From assembly GCA_964016885.1 (NCBI GenBank), contig OZ024743.1, positions 123,132,001 to 123,196,000 of the forward strand: 64,000 nucleotides of DNA, in the 5' to 3' direction. The stretch's first letter is position 1. Each line of letters begins with the position of its first letter. The DNA comes from Eledone cirrhosa (taxonomy: Eukaryota). Under the pieces are notes generated by a model. That model was given only the letters and a program-made list of their open reading frames with translations. It had not been told where the DNA came from and did no database searches. Shown here one piece after another: positions 43,461 to 57,369 of the stretch. A program made the translations under genes and the position numbers.

Positions 43461-44315
43461 TTACAGAAAAAGTTGTGCATGGATACTTGAGACGTAAAAC
43501 ACAGACCATAGAGGGGATAAACCACTCAAAAAGCCTGGCATGGAGTTCCGACAAGTTTATGACATCACACCTTGAGGGATATCTCTATGCAATACAGGAA
43601 CAAGAACTCCCTACCAAATATCTGCTGCACAAAAGGAGAGGGTCATCAGCTGACAATAAATGTAGGCTATGTAAAACAAAGATCGAGGATGTAAGCCACA
43701 TTGTTGCCAGCTGCGAAAGAATGTCATCTCGCTACTACCTCCCCATGAGACACGATGGGATAGCTAGAGCCATCTGGAACGCACTTCGGAAAACAAAATT
43801 TACAACAAACGAGGAAGAATATATTGAGACAGATGGCATTAAGGAATACTGGTGGAACCTGAAAATAAAAACTGCAACCAAATTAAAGCACAACCGGCCT
43901 GATATTGTTGTTTGGGACCACACATTGAAAACGTGTTCTGTTGTGGAGATCAGCTGCCCACTTGATGTAAACGTTGTCAGAAAAATACAGGAGAAGGAGG
44001 ACATCTACGGACCATTGATGAGAAGTTTACAAATCCAGTATCCAAGATACACCTTTAGCTTCATACCCATCATTATTGGAGCTACGGATTATATACCAAC
44101 CCGCTTGGACCAAAGTATGACTGAACTTGGATTTGCGGACAAAGAGCGCAGCTCCCTAATTCATAGTCTGCAAATGGTTACGATAGCTGGCACCTTCAAA
44201 ATTTGCAAAACATTCTTGCGATTCAAGGGATGACAATTTCTTTTCTTTTACAACCTTGCCACCAGGAAGGTGGCCGGTCAAAAAAAATATACTCGAAATT
44301 AAGAGAAAGAGATAA
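43461..44315 (+). mobile_element. R4/Dong-type LINE (CCHC plus REL endonuclease) inside (TACA)n
   Basis: AIQEQEL, CRLCKTKIEDVSHIVASC, MRHD, HNRPDIVVWD, VEISCPLD, KEDIY, PIIIGA. Confidence 0.9.
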
Positions 44316-44326
44316 TACATACATAC

Positions 44327-44947
44327 ATGAAAGAGTACTGGTGGAATTTTCCAGTAAAAACCCCAATAAAATGCAGGCATAACAGACCAGATATTATGAT
44401 ATGGGACAGGGAGAAGAAAGCATGCACAGTAGTGGAAATTAGCTGCCCAGCAGATGCCAATATAATATCAAAGATTAGTGAAAAGGAGAATATTTATGCA
44501 GAACTGATGAGAAATCTGCAGATACTCCACCCTGATTACACCTTCAGATTTATGCCTGTGATTATTGGGGCACTGGGATATGTTAGTAACTGCCTCAATA
44601 CAAATCTTGAAAAGCTGGGCTTCACAGGAACAGAAGATCAGAACTAGTTAGGAAATTACAAGTACAATCCCTTAATGGAACAGTAAAAATATGTAAAACA
44701 TTCCAAAACTTTTGCATCTAATAACTGCATATACACATGTACAGATACAAAGCATATACACATGCACACATACAACTCAAAACATCCACATCCACACATA
44801 CAATAACATCTATATCTACACATGCATGCATACATACATATCTACCTAGTTGATGTTGTGTAAATTTCAATGAGAGAGTCTTGTGTCTATGTTAGAAACC
44901 GACTCTCTCTCTATTGGTAAAACTTTGTGAAATTATAAAACCAGAAC
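44327..44947 (+). mobile_element. Second, divergent R4/Dong-type LINE 3' end inside (TACA)n
   Basis: EYWWN..HNRPDIMIWD..VEISCPAD..KENIY..PVIIGALG; ends CCAGAA(CATA)n. Confidence 0.88.
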
Positions 44948-45369
44948 ATACATACATATATACATACATACATACTACATACATACGTACGTACATATAA
45001 ACTGAAACACACAGAAGTTCAAAGTGAGAAAATAAATGCATTATAAAAAGAATTGGATCAATATTGATATGGCTGTCAAAATCAACCAGTGCTTAACTAG
45101 TCGAACATACTCGAACGTAAAGAATGTTTAAGTGTACCTAAATGACTTATTTGCTTAATACTATCTTGACCCAAGCTTCCTCATGCCAGATGTTCATTCA
45201 CCACACTCTTCGATGGGGTCTCTGCTTATTACTGTTGCTAGCGGTAACACGTTGTCTTTCCGGATCAGTAACATCCTTGATCTGACAAGTCTTGGCGGAA
45301 GGTTAACTCTACGTATTTATTAACTGTAATATTCATTATATTTTAATTACCATGTATCTTTCTATTGTA

Positions 45370-45762
45370 CGAGGGCAATCCCAAAAGTAAGGTCTCTTTC
45401 CGATATTGCAACTTTTCCGTTAAAATCCTGTGTATGGTGATTCGGGAAACCTCAGGAACCAAAATGCAGAGAGCATCCAGAGTGATCCGCCGATCTTTAC
45501 GCATGTTTTCCTCGGAAGGAGACCTTACTTTTGGGATTGCCCTCTATATAATAACTGCGTGAAATTCGCACTTGGCGGTGGCGTTCAACGGGAACTCCAT
45601 TCTCAACGGCTGCCAAGCCAAGATTGAGCATCCCAGGGAAGCGCGCGCATGCTTGTCTGGGAGTGAAGGAAGCGCCAATCAAAACAGTGTTGCCAACAGC
45701 CGTACGAACAGTTTCTCTGCGTCCCCATCGCTTTGGAGACCTTACTTTTGGAATTACCCTCG
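45370..45762. mobile_element. Mariner-like MITE with an extra internal right TIR
   Basis: TA-CGAGGGCAATCCCAAAAGTAAGGTCTC...GAGACCTTACTTTTGGAATTACCCTCG-TA; third TIR at 45519-45544. Confidence 0.85.
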
Positions 45763-46514
45763 TATGTCTAATGGCTTTGTACCTTCTAACTTTGGATCGC
45801 TGAGAGGCGTGTGCCTCCCTTACCACTTTCAACGAATACTATGTAGAATGACTTACTCTGTATTAGATATTTCTCTTGAAGCTATCTCTCAAGGAATAGA
45901 GAACTATTCCTTGAGAATAGTGCTCTATTCCTTGATAAAAAAAAAAGTACAAAACCAAACTGCAACTCGTCTAGGTTAATTCAACCTCTAGTTTGTTGTG
46001 CTATGACTCAGTAAATTTCATGTACCTTGTCTATCAACCTGACACCTTTAGAGTTCCCCTGTCTGATACATTTCCTTTATGCTTGTAGCTGTTGACGATG
46101 CTGCTGCTACGCTATTCGTACATGCAAACATACATATGAGCCTACGCCACATATATGTAGGATGTGTCTACATCAACTGGCATCTTTTACATATGTGCTA
46201 TAAAAACCGCACTGATCAACATCTAGTATACCCCGCGAGGCCGACCATATATAATTTTATCTACACACAGAGTCTAATGGTTTCATCTTTAATTATGTGC
46301 CATCTATAAATAAATTTTGCAATTTTCTTAATTCACAACGTCCAGAATCAGCAATTAATTTGTTTAGCTTATAAATACAAATTATTTTGTGCTACACTTA
46401 AATTAACTCTCACAGCCTCCTTCGTGAGATCATTTATCATGTTATCATGTTGAGGATAATTGCTCTATATAAACCTCCTCTCACTCAATCTATCTTTCTA
46501 TCTATCTGCCGCTC

Positions 46515-46581
<67 letters not shown>

Positions 46582-46582
46582 G

Positions 46583-46621
<39 letters not shown>

Positions 46622-46622
<1 letters not shown>

Positions 46623-47890
46623 GTGGAGTCCTTGTGAGGAAGAGGGATAAATTGAGCAGAAGCAACGGAATCCAGGTACCAACAGGTGAGATTATAAAGG
46701 AAATTGACACTGAAGAAGGATACAAATATTTAGGTGTTCTGGAAGCTGATGACATCAAGAACAAAAAAATGAAGGAATTGATAAGATCTGAATACATTCG
46801 GAGAATAAGGAGCTTTTTAAAATCACATCTGAACAGTAGGAATGCCATAAGTGCAGTAAATTCCCGAGCTGTGTCTATTATTAGGTACAGTGCGGGAATT
46901 CTGAGATAGAATGTGGCTGAACAAGGACTGTGTTCAGATGGAGAAAGCAACCTACACAAATACGTGACTGATAGTAGGGAGCCAATGCTCAGAATTGTAC
47001 TGAAGGAGAGGACAATATACCAGGGGATGTCCAAGGACGAAATAACAAGGAGAAAGAGCAACCTTCATGAAAAATCCCTTCATAGTACCTTCTTTGAGAA
47101 AACTGAATTTAGAGATCCACAGACATGGAACTGGTTGAAAAGAGGAGACCTTAAAAAGGCTACAGAAGGAATGCTAATGGCTGCGCAAGAGCAGGCCCTC
47201 AAAACCAAGTAGGTGAAACACCATATTTACAAGGAGGAGGCTAGCCCACTGTGTAAGAACTGTGGAGAGAGAGAGGAGACTGTGGCTCACATTGTATCCG
47301 AGTGTAAACACCTAGCTCAGACTCACTATAAAGGCTGGAGACAGGGTGGGCAGGGTGGTCCAATGGCACCTATGCAAGGTAAACAATTTACCACATTCTG
47401 AGAAGTGGTATGAGCATAAACCAGAGTCGGTGATAGAAAAAGGTGATAGAAAACGATCAGGTGAAGGTGCTGTGGGATTTTAGGATACAGACGGACAAGA
47501 AACTGGAATACAATAGACCTGACCTGGTGGTTTTTGACAAGGAAAAAAGATCGTGCCTGATTGTGGATGTAGCCTGCCCATTCGACAAAAGAGTGCAAGA
47601 GAAGGAGAGGGAGAAAATTAACCGATACCAGAACTTAAAGTGGGAGGTAAAAAGGATTTGGAACTGCCATGAAGTCTAGGTACTATCTCACAGAGTTTCC
47701 AAGGAAGGTTAAAGAAAATTGGTCCCGCCCCGCTTTTTGGAACACTTCAAAAGGCATGCTTGCTGGGAACAGCAAGAACCCTCCGATACGTCCTAAATAT
47801 CTGAGGCTGCAGGTAGTGGCTTGATATTCATTTCAACAAACTTTCCAGTTAAATAACATCAATGACTGAGACTCAAAGAACAACAATATT
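46622..47890 (+). mobile_element. R4/Dong LINE, truncated and internally deleted, inside (TAA)n
   Basis: YKYLGVLEADDI..AVSIIRYSAGIL joined to KKATEGMLMAAQEQAL, CCHC, NRPDLVV. Confidence 0.9.
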
Positions 47891-47904
47891 AATAATAATA
47901 ATAA

Positions 47905-48270
47905 TTGAAATTGAGAAAATGTGGCACCTCAATGCCGTTACAATACCAGTGATTGAGTGAGGACTGGGAATGATCAAGAAAGGAACAGAACAATATTTGA
48001 GAATGATTCCTGGTTTACCCTCTCTGCACGGGGTGCAAAAAATTGTTTTGACTGGTACTGCACACGTATTGAGAAGAGCACTATCACTGTAAGATTGATA
48101 TCCCTCCTTGTATTTACATATGCATATGCACATGTGTATATATGTATACTGTTTTTTTTTATTATAATCAATGTGCTGTATTAACTGGCTTACCAATGCA
48201 CACTGTGAATTTATTTGCCCTAGGTGTCAGGAAGACACTCGGCATATATCTCAGAAACAATAATGAAAGA
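47905..48270 (+). mobile_element. Further R4-type LINE 3' end
   Basis: EIEKMWHLNAVTIPV..GMIKKG..VQKIVLTGTAHVLRRALSL*. Confidence 0.75.
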
Positions 48271-48281
48271 AAATAAAAACA

Positions 48282-48510
48282 ATAATAAGTATTTCTACTT
48301 TTGGCACAAGGCCAGCAATTATCCCAGTGCATTGCTGGTACTTTATTTCATCGACCCCGTAAGGATGAAAGGCAAAGTTAACCCTCGGCGGGATTTGAAC
48401 TCAGACCATAAAGGGCCGTAACTCTTTGCTGCAAAGCATGGCGTCCGACCCTACCGATACTGTCAATTCTCCGCCTTGCTGCAAAGCTTGGCGTCCGACC
48501 CTCTACCGAT
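48282..48510 (-). mobile_element. SINE family S with duplicated head segment
   Basis: Matches the S consensus. Confidence 0.85.
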
Positions 48511-48550
48511 AAAAGGGCGATTTGTTATGTCTTCATTACGTTTATTGGGT

Positions 48551-48635
48551 AGTGACGCGCGTTTCGCTATTGATCAGCTCAAGGTTCGATCTGTATCGAT
48601 CTGGCCCAACTCTGGAATCAAAAGCTCGTCGGACC
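48551..48635 (-). ncRNA. Hammerhead with CCGACGA core and long stem II (family I)
   Basis: GGT-CCGACGA-GCTtTTGATT[40 nt]GATCAAtAGC-GAAA-CGCGCG-TC-ACT, then AATAAA. Confidence 0.7.
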
Positions 48636-48793
48636 TCTGCTGTCGTAATGAGAGAATGAACATATAGATCTTAGAGGTGTCTGTAATGATTTGCATTCGT
48701 TTATGGTGGTCAGTTTTATTGTTTTGATTGCACTTGCCATTTCGGACCATACTGGTTACGATACCCCATCCCATCCGTACACCCCCCCCCCCC

Positions 48794-48826
<33 letters not shown>

Positions 48827-49379
48827 AACGCGGGCATACACATGTAGCCACACAATACACACCAATAACCACACATCCCTGCCATACACACATACAAACA
48901 TATACGCACACATGCACAGGTGCGTACACAAGGATACGCGCGCTGTGTGCGAACGCATGTGTACATACATGCCCATACAAACAATTCCACCACCAACACA
49001 CTTAACCTCGTACACGCCTATATGCAACATAATATGCATCTCACCTATTCACAACCACCAACTACACGTCTGCGCCACTCATATCATATATACAGGCCCG
49101 ACCACTCCCCACCCCTGTACGCCGGACCGCCTCCATAACTTCTTCACCCCCCCCCCACCCTTCTTTATATTTTCATTGTCATTATATTTTTATTTATATT
49201 TTCTTGGGATATTTCCTTTCTTTTAATACTGTGATTATTCTATTTGTTCTACACTCCGAACTCTGTTATTCCTGATGAAGGGCTTGACACGTTGACTGTT
49301 TAACTCTCTTTCTTTTAAGCGTGAAACTAATAAGATTTTGTTAATGCATCCTCTTGTTTCTTTCTTTCTTGCATTCTCT

Positions 49380-49424
<45 letters not shown>

Positions 49425-49429
49425 ACTCA

Positions 49430-49484
<55 letters not shown>

Positions 49485-49516
49485 TATGTTTGTGTATACA
49501 CACCATCACATAGACT

Positions 49517-49549
<33 letters not shown>

Positions 49550-50172
49550 GTATATGATGATATATATGTATATAAACATCTCTCTTTACATATATCTATT
49601 TATCTCGACGTCGTGGCTAATTACTCCAATTATGCTTTCTTGATCTATTTGAAGACATTTTCCTGATATGGCAAAAATGGATCTAACTAATGAACTCTAT
49701 AGATAATGAACTCAACCACAAGGATATAGGCCGAACGTAGAAGAGCCGACCTTATGAAATCAATTGCTATTCTTCTCAAATTCATGAAAATGATCACACA
49801 CACATACAATATATATATATATATACGTTTGTGTGTGTGTGGAGGCACGTGGTGTGTGACCAGCTCAGTACGTAGATATACCTTGTAAGCAACACCGCAT
49901 AGTCAGCTGCACCGCTATAATAATGTGGCGAGTGATCCAACTTTATACCACCTTAGTTTCGCCACCCAATTTAAAAAGCCATTTCATTTCATTTGCGCCG
50001 GCGTCAGGGTTGTTTACGATGTAGATAGTTTCAGACTACACGCTATATCTGTACTCTACACCTGCACAGGACTAGTGTGTCAATAATAACGAACATTCTA
50101 GTTGAACATCATAGCTGAATTTACATGAACTACGTATTTAACTTTATCATGTATTTCTTGTATATATATATG

Positions 50173-50260
<88 letters not shown>

Positions 50261-50414
50261 TGTAATAAACAACATAAGGCAATTATTCCATTTACCAGTG
50301 GTTTCTTAAAAGCAAAATATTTTGCTTTCAATCCTCAGAATGAAAAAAATCCTGGTCTGTTACCTACATAGAGCACTCTTTTTTCCTGGACTTTTCCGAC
50401 GGAATTACTTCATT

Positions 50415-50445
<31 letters not shown>

Positions 50446-50446
<1 letters not shown>

Positions 50447-50700
50447 GTGGTGGAACACTGGAAGGTAATATCCGTAGTGGTAGAGCACTCAGTCCATGGG
50501 ACGAGTTAGGTAGAAGTGGTTACACAACAGTTAGTTCACAATACCGAGAACAATTGTTTCCCCTTAGCGGATCCTCAGCTCGTAATGGGCATGGTTATAG
50601 GAACAGGAAGGACAACCGTATGAACGCGCATGCGCAGAAACCCGGTCACCTCACACAGGCAATACTAGAACGCGTGCGAGAGGTGTAAGGGAGATAACTG
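50446..50700 (-). mobile_element. Family A terminal repeat, inverted relative to the adjacent endonuclease
   Basis: Matches other A copies; starts at (TA)n. Confidence 0.8.
50545..50582 (-). ncRNA. Intact minimal type-I hammerhead (family A)
   Basis: CGAG-CTGAGGA-TCC gctaa GGG-GAAA-CAATTG-TT-CTCG. Confidence 0.85.
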
Positions 50701-50766
50701 CATCATAAATATCGTTCCATCTTTCACCGACACAAAGTTAAACTAACATACTCCTGCGCTAAGAAC

Positions 50767-51252
50767 ATGAAGGTCCACATCACCAGCAGCCCTAGGAGCA
50801 ACACCCCACCAGGGTGCTCTTGCCGTAAGCCCGAAGCTTGCCCCCTACAACAGCAATGCATCACACCAGCTGTAATTTATGAACCAAACGAACCAAACGA
50901 ACCACAGGAAGTCAAATCTTATGTGGGCATGGCGGAGGGCCGATTTAAGGAACGTTTCCTGAACCACCAGTCTACCTTCAGGTACCCGGACAGACGTTCA
51001 TCCACGAAACTCGCGAGCCACGTATGGTCCCGCAAGGACTCAAGTATAGACCACTCCATCCAAGGGAAAGCCATCACTAAGTCCAAGCCATACGCAAGGG
51101 GAAATCTGACGTGTGGCTTATGTATTGACGAACGAATAACTCTTCTAAAGAGATTATGCAATAGTGATTGCCTAAACACGAGAAATGAATTTTTCACACG
51201 TTGTCCAAATGTCGCCAAACACCTATTGCATAACTACAAAGCTCTGGACTGA
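50767..51252 (+). pseudogene. Penelope-like GIY-YIG endonuclease (C-terminal fragment)
   Basis: CSCR..CPL..C..VIY..YVGMAEGRFKERFLNHQSTF..TKLASHVW..CGLCIDER..LNTRNEF..C. Confidence 0.88.
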
Positions 51253-51299
51253 TTCCTTGTAATTTTATTTTCAACATATATATATATATATATATATGT

Positions 51300-51461
51300 A
51301 TAACCCTGACCGCAGAGCTCAAGCCGTTTCGACGGCTATTTCAAAAGGGCTTGTTCTCTGCCGTCGGGTTTATACATTTTCCTATTACCCACGCTACTAC
51401 CCTAAGTATCGAGTACTCTGGTGCGTTATGGTCCATATGATTCCTTACCACACTTCCTTCG

Positions 51462-51465
<4 letters not shown>
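51300..51465 (+). mobile_element. Family G, decayed fold-back
   Basis: Homologous to 31012-31190. Confidence 0.75.
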
Positions 51466-51551
<86 letters not shown>

Positions 51552-51591
51552 GATATTAAACAAATGGAAACTATATTTATAAAACCATATT

Positions 51592-51657
51592 TATTTCATT
51601 ATACATATTTCAGGGATACCATATTAAAAATATGGCATGCCTTCGTCAGATAAAATA
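51592..51657 (-). ncRNA. Type-I hammerhead (family H)
   Basis: TATTTTAT-CTGACGA-AGGcATGCCATATT..AATATGGTATcCCT-GAAA-TATGTA-TA-ATGAAATA. Confidence 0.8.
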
Positions 51658-51787
51658 CAATATATAACCAGTTTTATAAATAATTTTCACGTACCATAAA
51701 TATAGCGACCATTAATGTAGGAGGCTGGCTTTATATCAGTTATAAAATATTTACTTGTTGTAACCCAACAATTTTAAATAAAACTTT

Positions 51788-51824
<37 letters not shown>

Positions 51825-51876
51825 GTGAAAGAGTGAAGAATAACATGGTCGGCTGGTACAAAAAGGGTTTTATTTA

Positions 51877-51991
51877 CAGTATTAACAATTGTTCCATTGA
51901 TCAGGTGAGTCTAAAGGCCGCTGATCACTCGAAGTTGCCTCACTCGACCTTAAATACAGTGTGTGTCTCTAATCAGATTATCGGAATACTG
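51877..51991 (-). ncRNA. Decayed long-stem-II hammerhead (family D)
   Basis: CAGTATT-CCGATAA-[~80 nt closed by TGATTAG/CTGATCA]-GGAA-CAATTG-TT-AATACTG; the 20293 copy retains GAAA. Confidence 0.55.
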
Positions 51992-52201
51992 GAGGGTGTA
52001 ACACATGGCATTGGTATTTATAGATACATTGGAGAATCAAGTGAATGAAAACAATAACATCAATAATAAACGATAATAAATGATAATAATGAAGAAGTTA
52101 GAATGAAAATGATAAAGAAGTAAAAAATAAGCAAAATAAAAGTACAGAATACGATTGCTTCAACTACCACCACCACCACTACTATTATGAGTAATATATA
52201 C

Positions 52202-52445
52202 AATATTAACATTATATGATGAAATGTACATATATATAATATTAACATTATATGATGAAATGTACATATATATAATATTAACATTATATGATGAAATGTA
52301 CATATATATAATATTAACATTATATGATGAAATGTACATATATATAATATTAACATTATATGATGAAATGTACATATATATAATATTAACATTATATGAT
52401 GAAATGTACATATATATAATATTAACATTATATGATGAAATGTAA
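52202..52445. repeat. 36-bp minisatellite, ~7 copies
   Basis: Unit AATATTAACATTATATGATGAAATGTACATATATAT. Confidence 0.95.
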
Positions 52446-53464
52446 TACAACATTCTACATGTTAAAACCAGCGCATAACTTTCAAATGTTAAACTAAGAA
52501 TTGATGTTCTTTACCTAACCCTGACAGCTCTCTCCAAACAGACATGTTGACATACCAACTACGTTTACGTATCTGTATAAAGCTTATTTAGCAAATATAT
52601 AAACTGTTAAAGGATATGGGCTTCCTATGTCACTCGAAAGATTATTATGACTACGAACTCAAATGACCATATTGTATGTATCTGTGTAGGGTTTATTCAA
52701 ACGGGTGTTCTAACCTTCCTCAGATAGCGAGGGATAACATTTATACATTATCAGTTTGATTATATCTATATAAACTAACAAATCTATATCAATTACCTAT
52801 GTCAACAAGGTGTTTATAAATACACAAAACAGTTACATAAACAGTTTTATTTATGTAAACTTTCAAACAGTTTACATCAATAACAAACGGACAGTTCGAC
52901 AATTATATAAGCCACCTGGCAAATTATGATCCCGTGGCTAGAAAGTAACTAGATTACGATGTTGTTCACAAAGATAACTAAATTTCATACACAAACTCCC
53001 TTTATAACAATCCAAAACTAATACTTTACATAACAAGTGTACAAAAGCTCTACTTTATTTTCATAAATCAATATATTCTATCTACAAAATTACTATATTT
53101 CATACAATAAGCCGTTAAAATGCTCAGATTTTGCAAAGAAAACCTGATCAGGTCTATTAAATTATTAAATTATATCTTCAATATTCTTGGTTATGTCCAC
53201 TAAACTGTGTTACAATGTGTGTGCAAAAGCACAGCGAAAACAGCAGATTAGGTATGCTATGTCATCATATATTAGATATTATAACATATAATGATATGAA
53301 TATCATTTCTTGCGTTGGAACAAGAACATAAACTTATAAATACTTTCCTGGTGTTTATTTATCACCCACTGGTTGAATGAATGACAAATGTGATTCTCGA
53401 TTAAGAAGTTAGAGCCAACATTTTACCGTTACTTTCACTCGATCACTCCACACATAACCAATAA

Positions 53465-53626
53465 TTGTTTCTACTTTTGGCACAAGGCCAGCAATTACCC
53501 AGTGCATTACTGCTACTTTATTTTATCGACCCCGTAAGGATAAAAGGCAAAGTTAACCTCGGCGGGATTTGAACACAGAATAGAAAGGACCGTAACTCTA
53601 TGCGTCAAAGCAATACTGCCAATCTA
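53465..53626 (-). mobile_element. SINE family S with CCACAYATAACCAATAAT TSD
   Basis: ~18-bp direct repeat on both sides. Confidence 0.85.
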
Positions 53627-54937
53627 CCACATATAACCAATAATGCACCAACAAAACTATTGTATAATGTCCATATAAATATTGGACTACAAAATTACGA
53701 AACCAGGGATACATCATCACTATATGACATCTACAAAACAATCAATGTTATCCGCTATATATTTATATCGAATGTGCAAGTTTAAAAATAATACGCTTTC
53801 ATATTCATGTAATACTTCATAATACACTGCTGTGCCTTAGTAGACAGTGTTTTGATTTTATGATAAAGTATCCGACGAAATGCCTGTGGTGTATGGTTAT
53901 GCCAATTTACGTTTTGAGTTCAAATGCCACTGAATTTAATCTTCGTTTTCTATCCAACCTGGAGCGGTAAAATAGAAAAAACAGCGAAACAATTAAGCGC
54001 ATGTCGGACTTATATTTTCGTACAGTTTCTCAGTGGTGAGGTATTATTGTATAATACGATGTTTATAATCTAGTAATTTTTAAGTGTGTTAATACATTTG
54101 TATGAAGATGAACGAACGAAAGTCAACACAATAGAATGGAATATATGTATGTGCAAGTAATGTTTGTCTCATAGAAGCATTTATACTTAAAATATATGAA
54201 AAACACATATGGCCATTTCATAGTAACATATGCAGAATGTGTAATGCGGCTTGGTTCTATCTACGTTATCACACTAAAATCTTTATATTGCTTATGATAG
54301 AAATGTCGCAGATGTATCTGACCTTTCTAGTAAACTAACATTCTGTATATTACAGCAAACCTTCAACTTCTGTAGATGGTAATACACATGTTCTTCATGA
54401 TACAGATTAAAAGTGAAGTTTATTCATACAGAATATCCTAACTATACATTTATATATTTAAAAATGTCATGTTCTAAATTTCTCACTGATGGGTTTATTG
54501 AAATGACATTTACAACTCCATATTCACACGTCAATAAATGTATATACACTGGCGTTTATATATGTGTGGCTATAAGCATGCGCAGACAATACATAGCCGT
54601 TGCTATTCACACAAAAATACAAATCTCCGCAGAGTTTTGCAGGCAAGAGCTCAAAGGTTTGTGATTGCTGCTAGAAGTATTGATCGATATTAAAATATTC
54701 CGCATGTGTATATGTTTTAGGTATTGTCTAGTTTATGTAATTATTAGCAAGCAATAACGTTCAGAAATCCCCCGAAATTCAGCCTATTTCAGTGTCAACA
54801 TCAAATAATTTTCACATGAAATATAGATATATGTATATTATCTATCATATAATATCATGTGATAAATTTAAAGACTATACACTCACACATCACGCACACA
54901 ACACACAAAAATGCACACACATTCATACACACACAAG

Positions 54938-54997
<60 letters not shown>

Positions 54998-55010
54998 TAT
55001 ATATATATAT

Positions 55011-55319
<309 letters not shown>

Positions 55320-55394
55320 GTGTGTATATATATATATGTATATATATATATAAATTTAAGTATGTGTGTGTGTCTGTGTGTCTGTGTGTCTGTG

Positions 55395-55959
55395 TATTAC
55401 CTATAGGGGCCTACATCTTACGACCGATTTTCATGAAACGTTGCAGGCTCATAGATTAGTCATCGGTGAGTGTTTTCTATATATCAACGTATCGTTTTTT
55501 TTATTCCGGGGTCATTCTGCAGATAAAAATCGATAGGGGGGGGGGGGGGTCAACTTTTTTTAGGTATCGAAAAATAAAATTTTTGGTTCTAGCTCCCACA
55601 TTTTGCTACCGATTTCGTTCAAATTTTAAAACAAAATAGAATTTATCATTGCAAATCCTGTAATGGCTATATATTTTGCAATTGTTGTTCAGGGACGGCG
55701 TGGCAGCCGCTTAAATATTCAAAAATACCACTTTTAGACTCAAATTTCCACCTTTTCGGCTCTGGCTCCCACATTAATCAACCTACTTTGTTCAAACTTT
55801 ACACTACGCTAGATCTGATTATTTCACGTCTTAAAGTGTCTTTACATTTTGGATCTTTTTGTTCAGGAACGGCGTAGCAGCCGCTTAAATATTCGAAAAT
55901 ACCACCTTTTCTCTCAAATGTCCGCCTTTTCGGCTCTAGCTCCCACATTTTCAACCGAT

Positions 55960-55965
<6 letters not shown>
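55395..55965. mobile_element. Interspersed element with internal subrepeats (possibly Helentron/HINE-like)
   Basis: ACCGATTTTCATGAAA motif after (TGTC/TG)n; CT(A/G)GCTCCCACATT repeated three times. Confidence 0.35.
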
Positions 55966-55998
<33 letters not shown>

Positions 55999-56008
55999 CA
56001 CACACACA

Positions 56009-56116
<108 letters not shown>

Positions 56117-56585
56117 CATACATAATACACACATACATACATATAATCATATGTATAGTCGAATAAAGTCGATGGAGAGTAGAACAAAATGCCTTGCGTT
56201 ATTTCTTCGAGTACCCTGTGCTCTACATTCAGAAACTGTTGTGCCATACTTGGGTGGTAGACTTCATATATCGTCCGGCTTAGCACCAAGTTCATGACTC
56301 ATGGTTGCCTTTAAAAGGGTAAATGTTGTTGCAAGCAATCGAGACAGGTCCCCTGCTATAGGATACCTGACTCTCTTTCGCTCCTACTTAGTCCCAAAGG
56401 ACCTGAAAGGTATCATGAGCATAATCATTATCTCCCTAACTAAATAGTATATATATATATAGTGGAGAGAGTGACAGAGAAATAAGAAAGAAAAAGTGAA
56501 AGTTTACATATACACTGTATATGAAAGCAGAAATGTTTTGCTTAAACTTCTAATCTCTACTAATAATACATTTTTGCTCTACGGG

Positions 56586-56757
<172 letters not shown>

Positions 56758-56800
56758 CAAAATATTAACAAATGAAAAATATTCTCATAATCAAAATATA

Positions 56801-56866
56801 TACTTTATTATATATATTTCAAAAGTACTGTGTTGTTTTTTCAGTACGTCCTCATCAGACAAAATA
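56801..56866 (-). ncRNA. Type-I hammerhead (family H)
   Basis: TATTTTGT-CTGATGA-ggacGTACTG..CAGTACtttt-GAAA-TATATA-TA-ATAAAGTA. Confidence 0.75.
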
Positions 56867-57168
56867 TTTTTCATTTGTTAATATTTTGAATAATATTAAA
56901 AACTCCAGGAAAACTCCCCGTTGAGTGCTTCTAATCTATTGTAAAATTGTATTCGTTGAGTAATCAACGAACCATACTAATCTTTGGTTATATATATATA
57001 TATATACATTTTCGCTCTACATGGCTGAATATAATAAATGTAAACTGAGTTTTTCGAATATTAATAATAACATTCGATTCGTTTGCAATTATGCAAACAA
57101 GCCTCATTTTTAAAGCCACGTCAGTAGAATGAACCCTTCATTCTTGCTCTTGTGTTGTCATGTTTACC

Positions 57169-57288
57169 AGGTGAAACAATTGTTCTCGGTATGGTGAACT
57201 AACTGTTGTCTTACCACTTCTACGAAACTCGTCCCATGGACTGAGTGCTCTACCACTACGGATATTACCTTCCAGTGTTCTACCACCT
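57169..57288 (+). mobile_element. Family A, truncated within HHR stem II
   Basis: AGGT-GAAA-CAATTG-TT-CTCGGT... Confidence 0.8.
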
Positions 57289-57291
57289 CTC

Positions 57292-57363
<72 letters not shown>

Positions 57364-57369
<6 letters not shown>

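Noticed and set aside
49268-49340. CTGATGA...GAAA-CTAATAAG, resembling family J
   Set aside because: Stem I, stem III and the UH site do not form; at best a decayed HHR
49945-50012. Minus-strand ACC-CTGACGC...GAAA-CTAAG..GGT
   Set aside because: Core A9 and UH are missing and stem II is unconvincing
50767-51252. Selenocysteine recoding in the PLE endonuclease
   Set aside because: Cys positions use ordinary Cys codons; the only UGA is the terminal stop after the domain ends
52202-52445. 36-bp repeats as a CRISPR array
   Set aside because: No unique spacers, no cas genes, eukaryotic context
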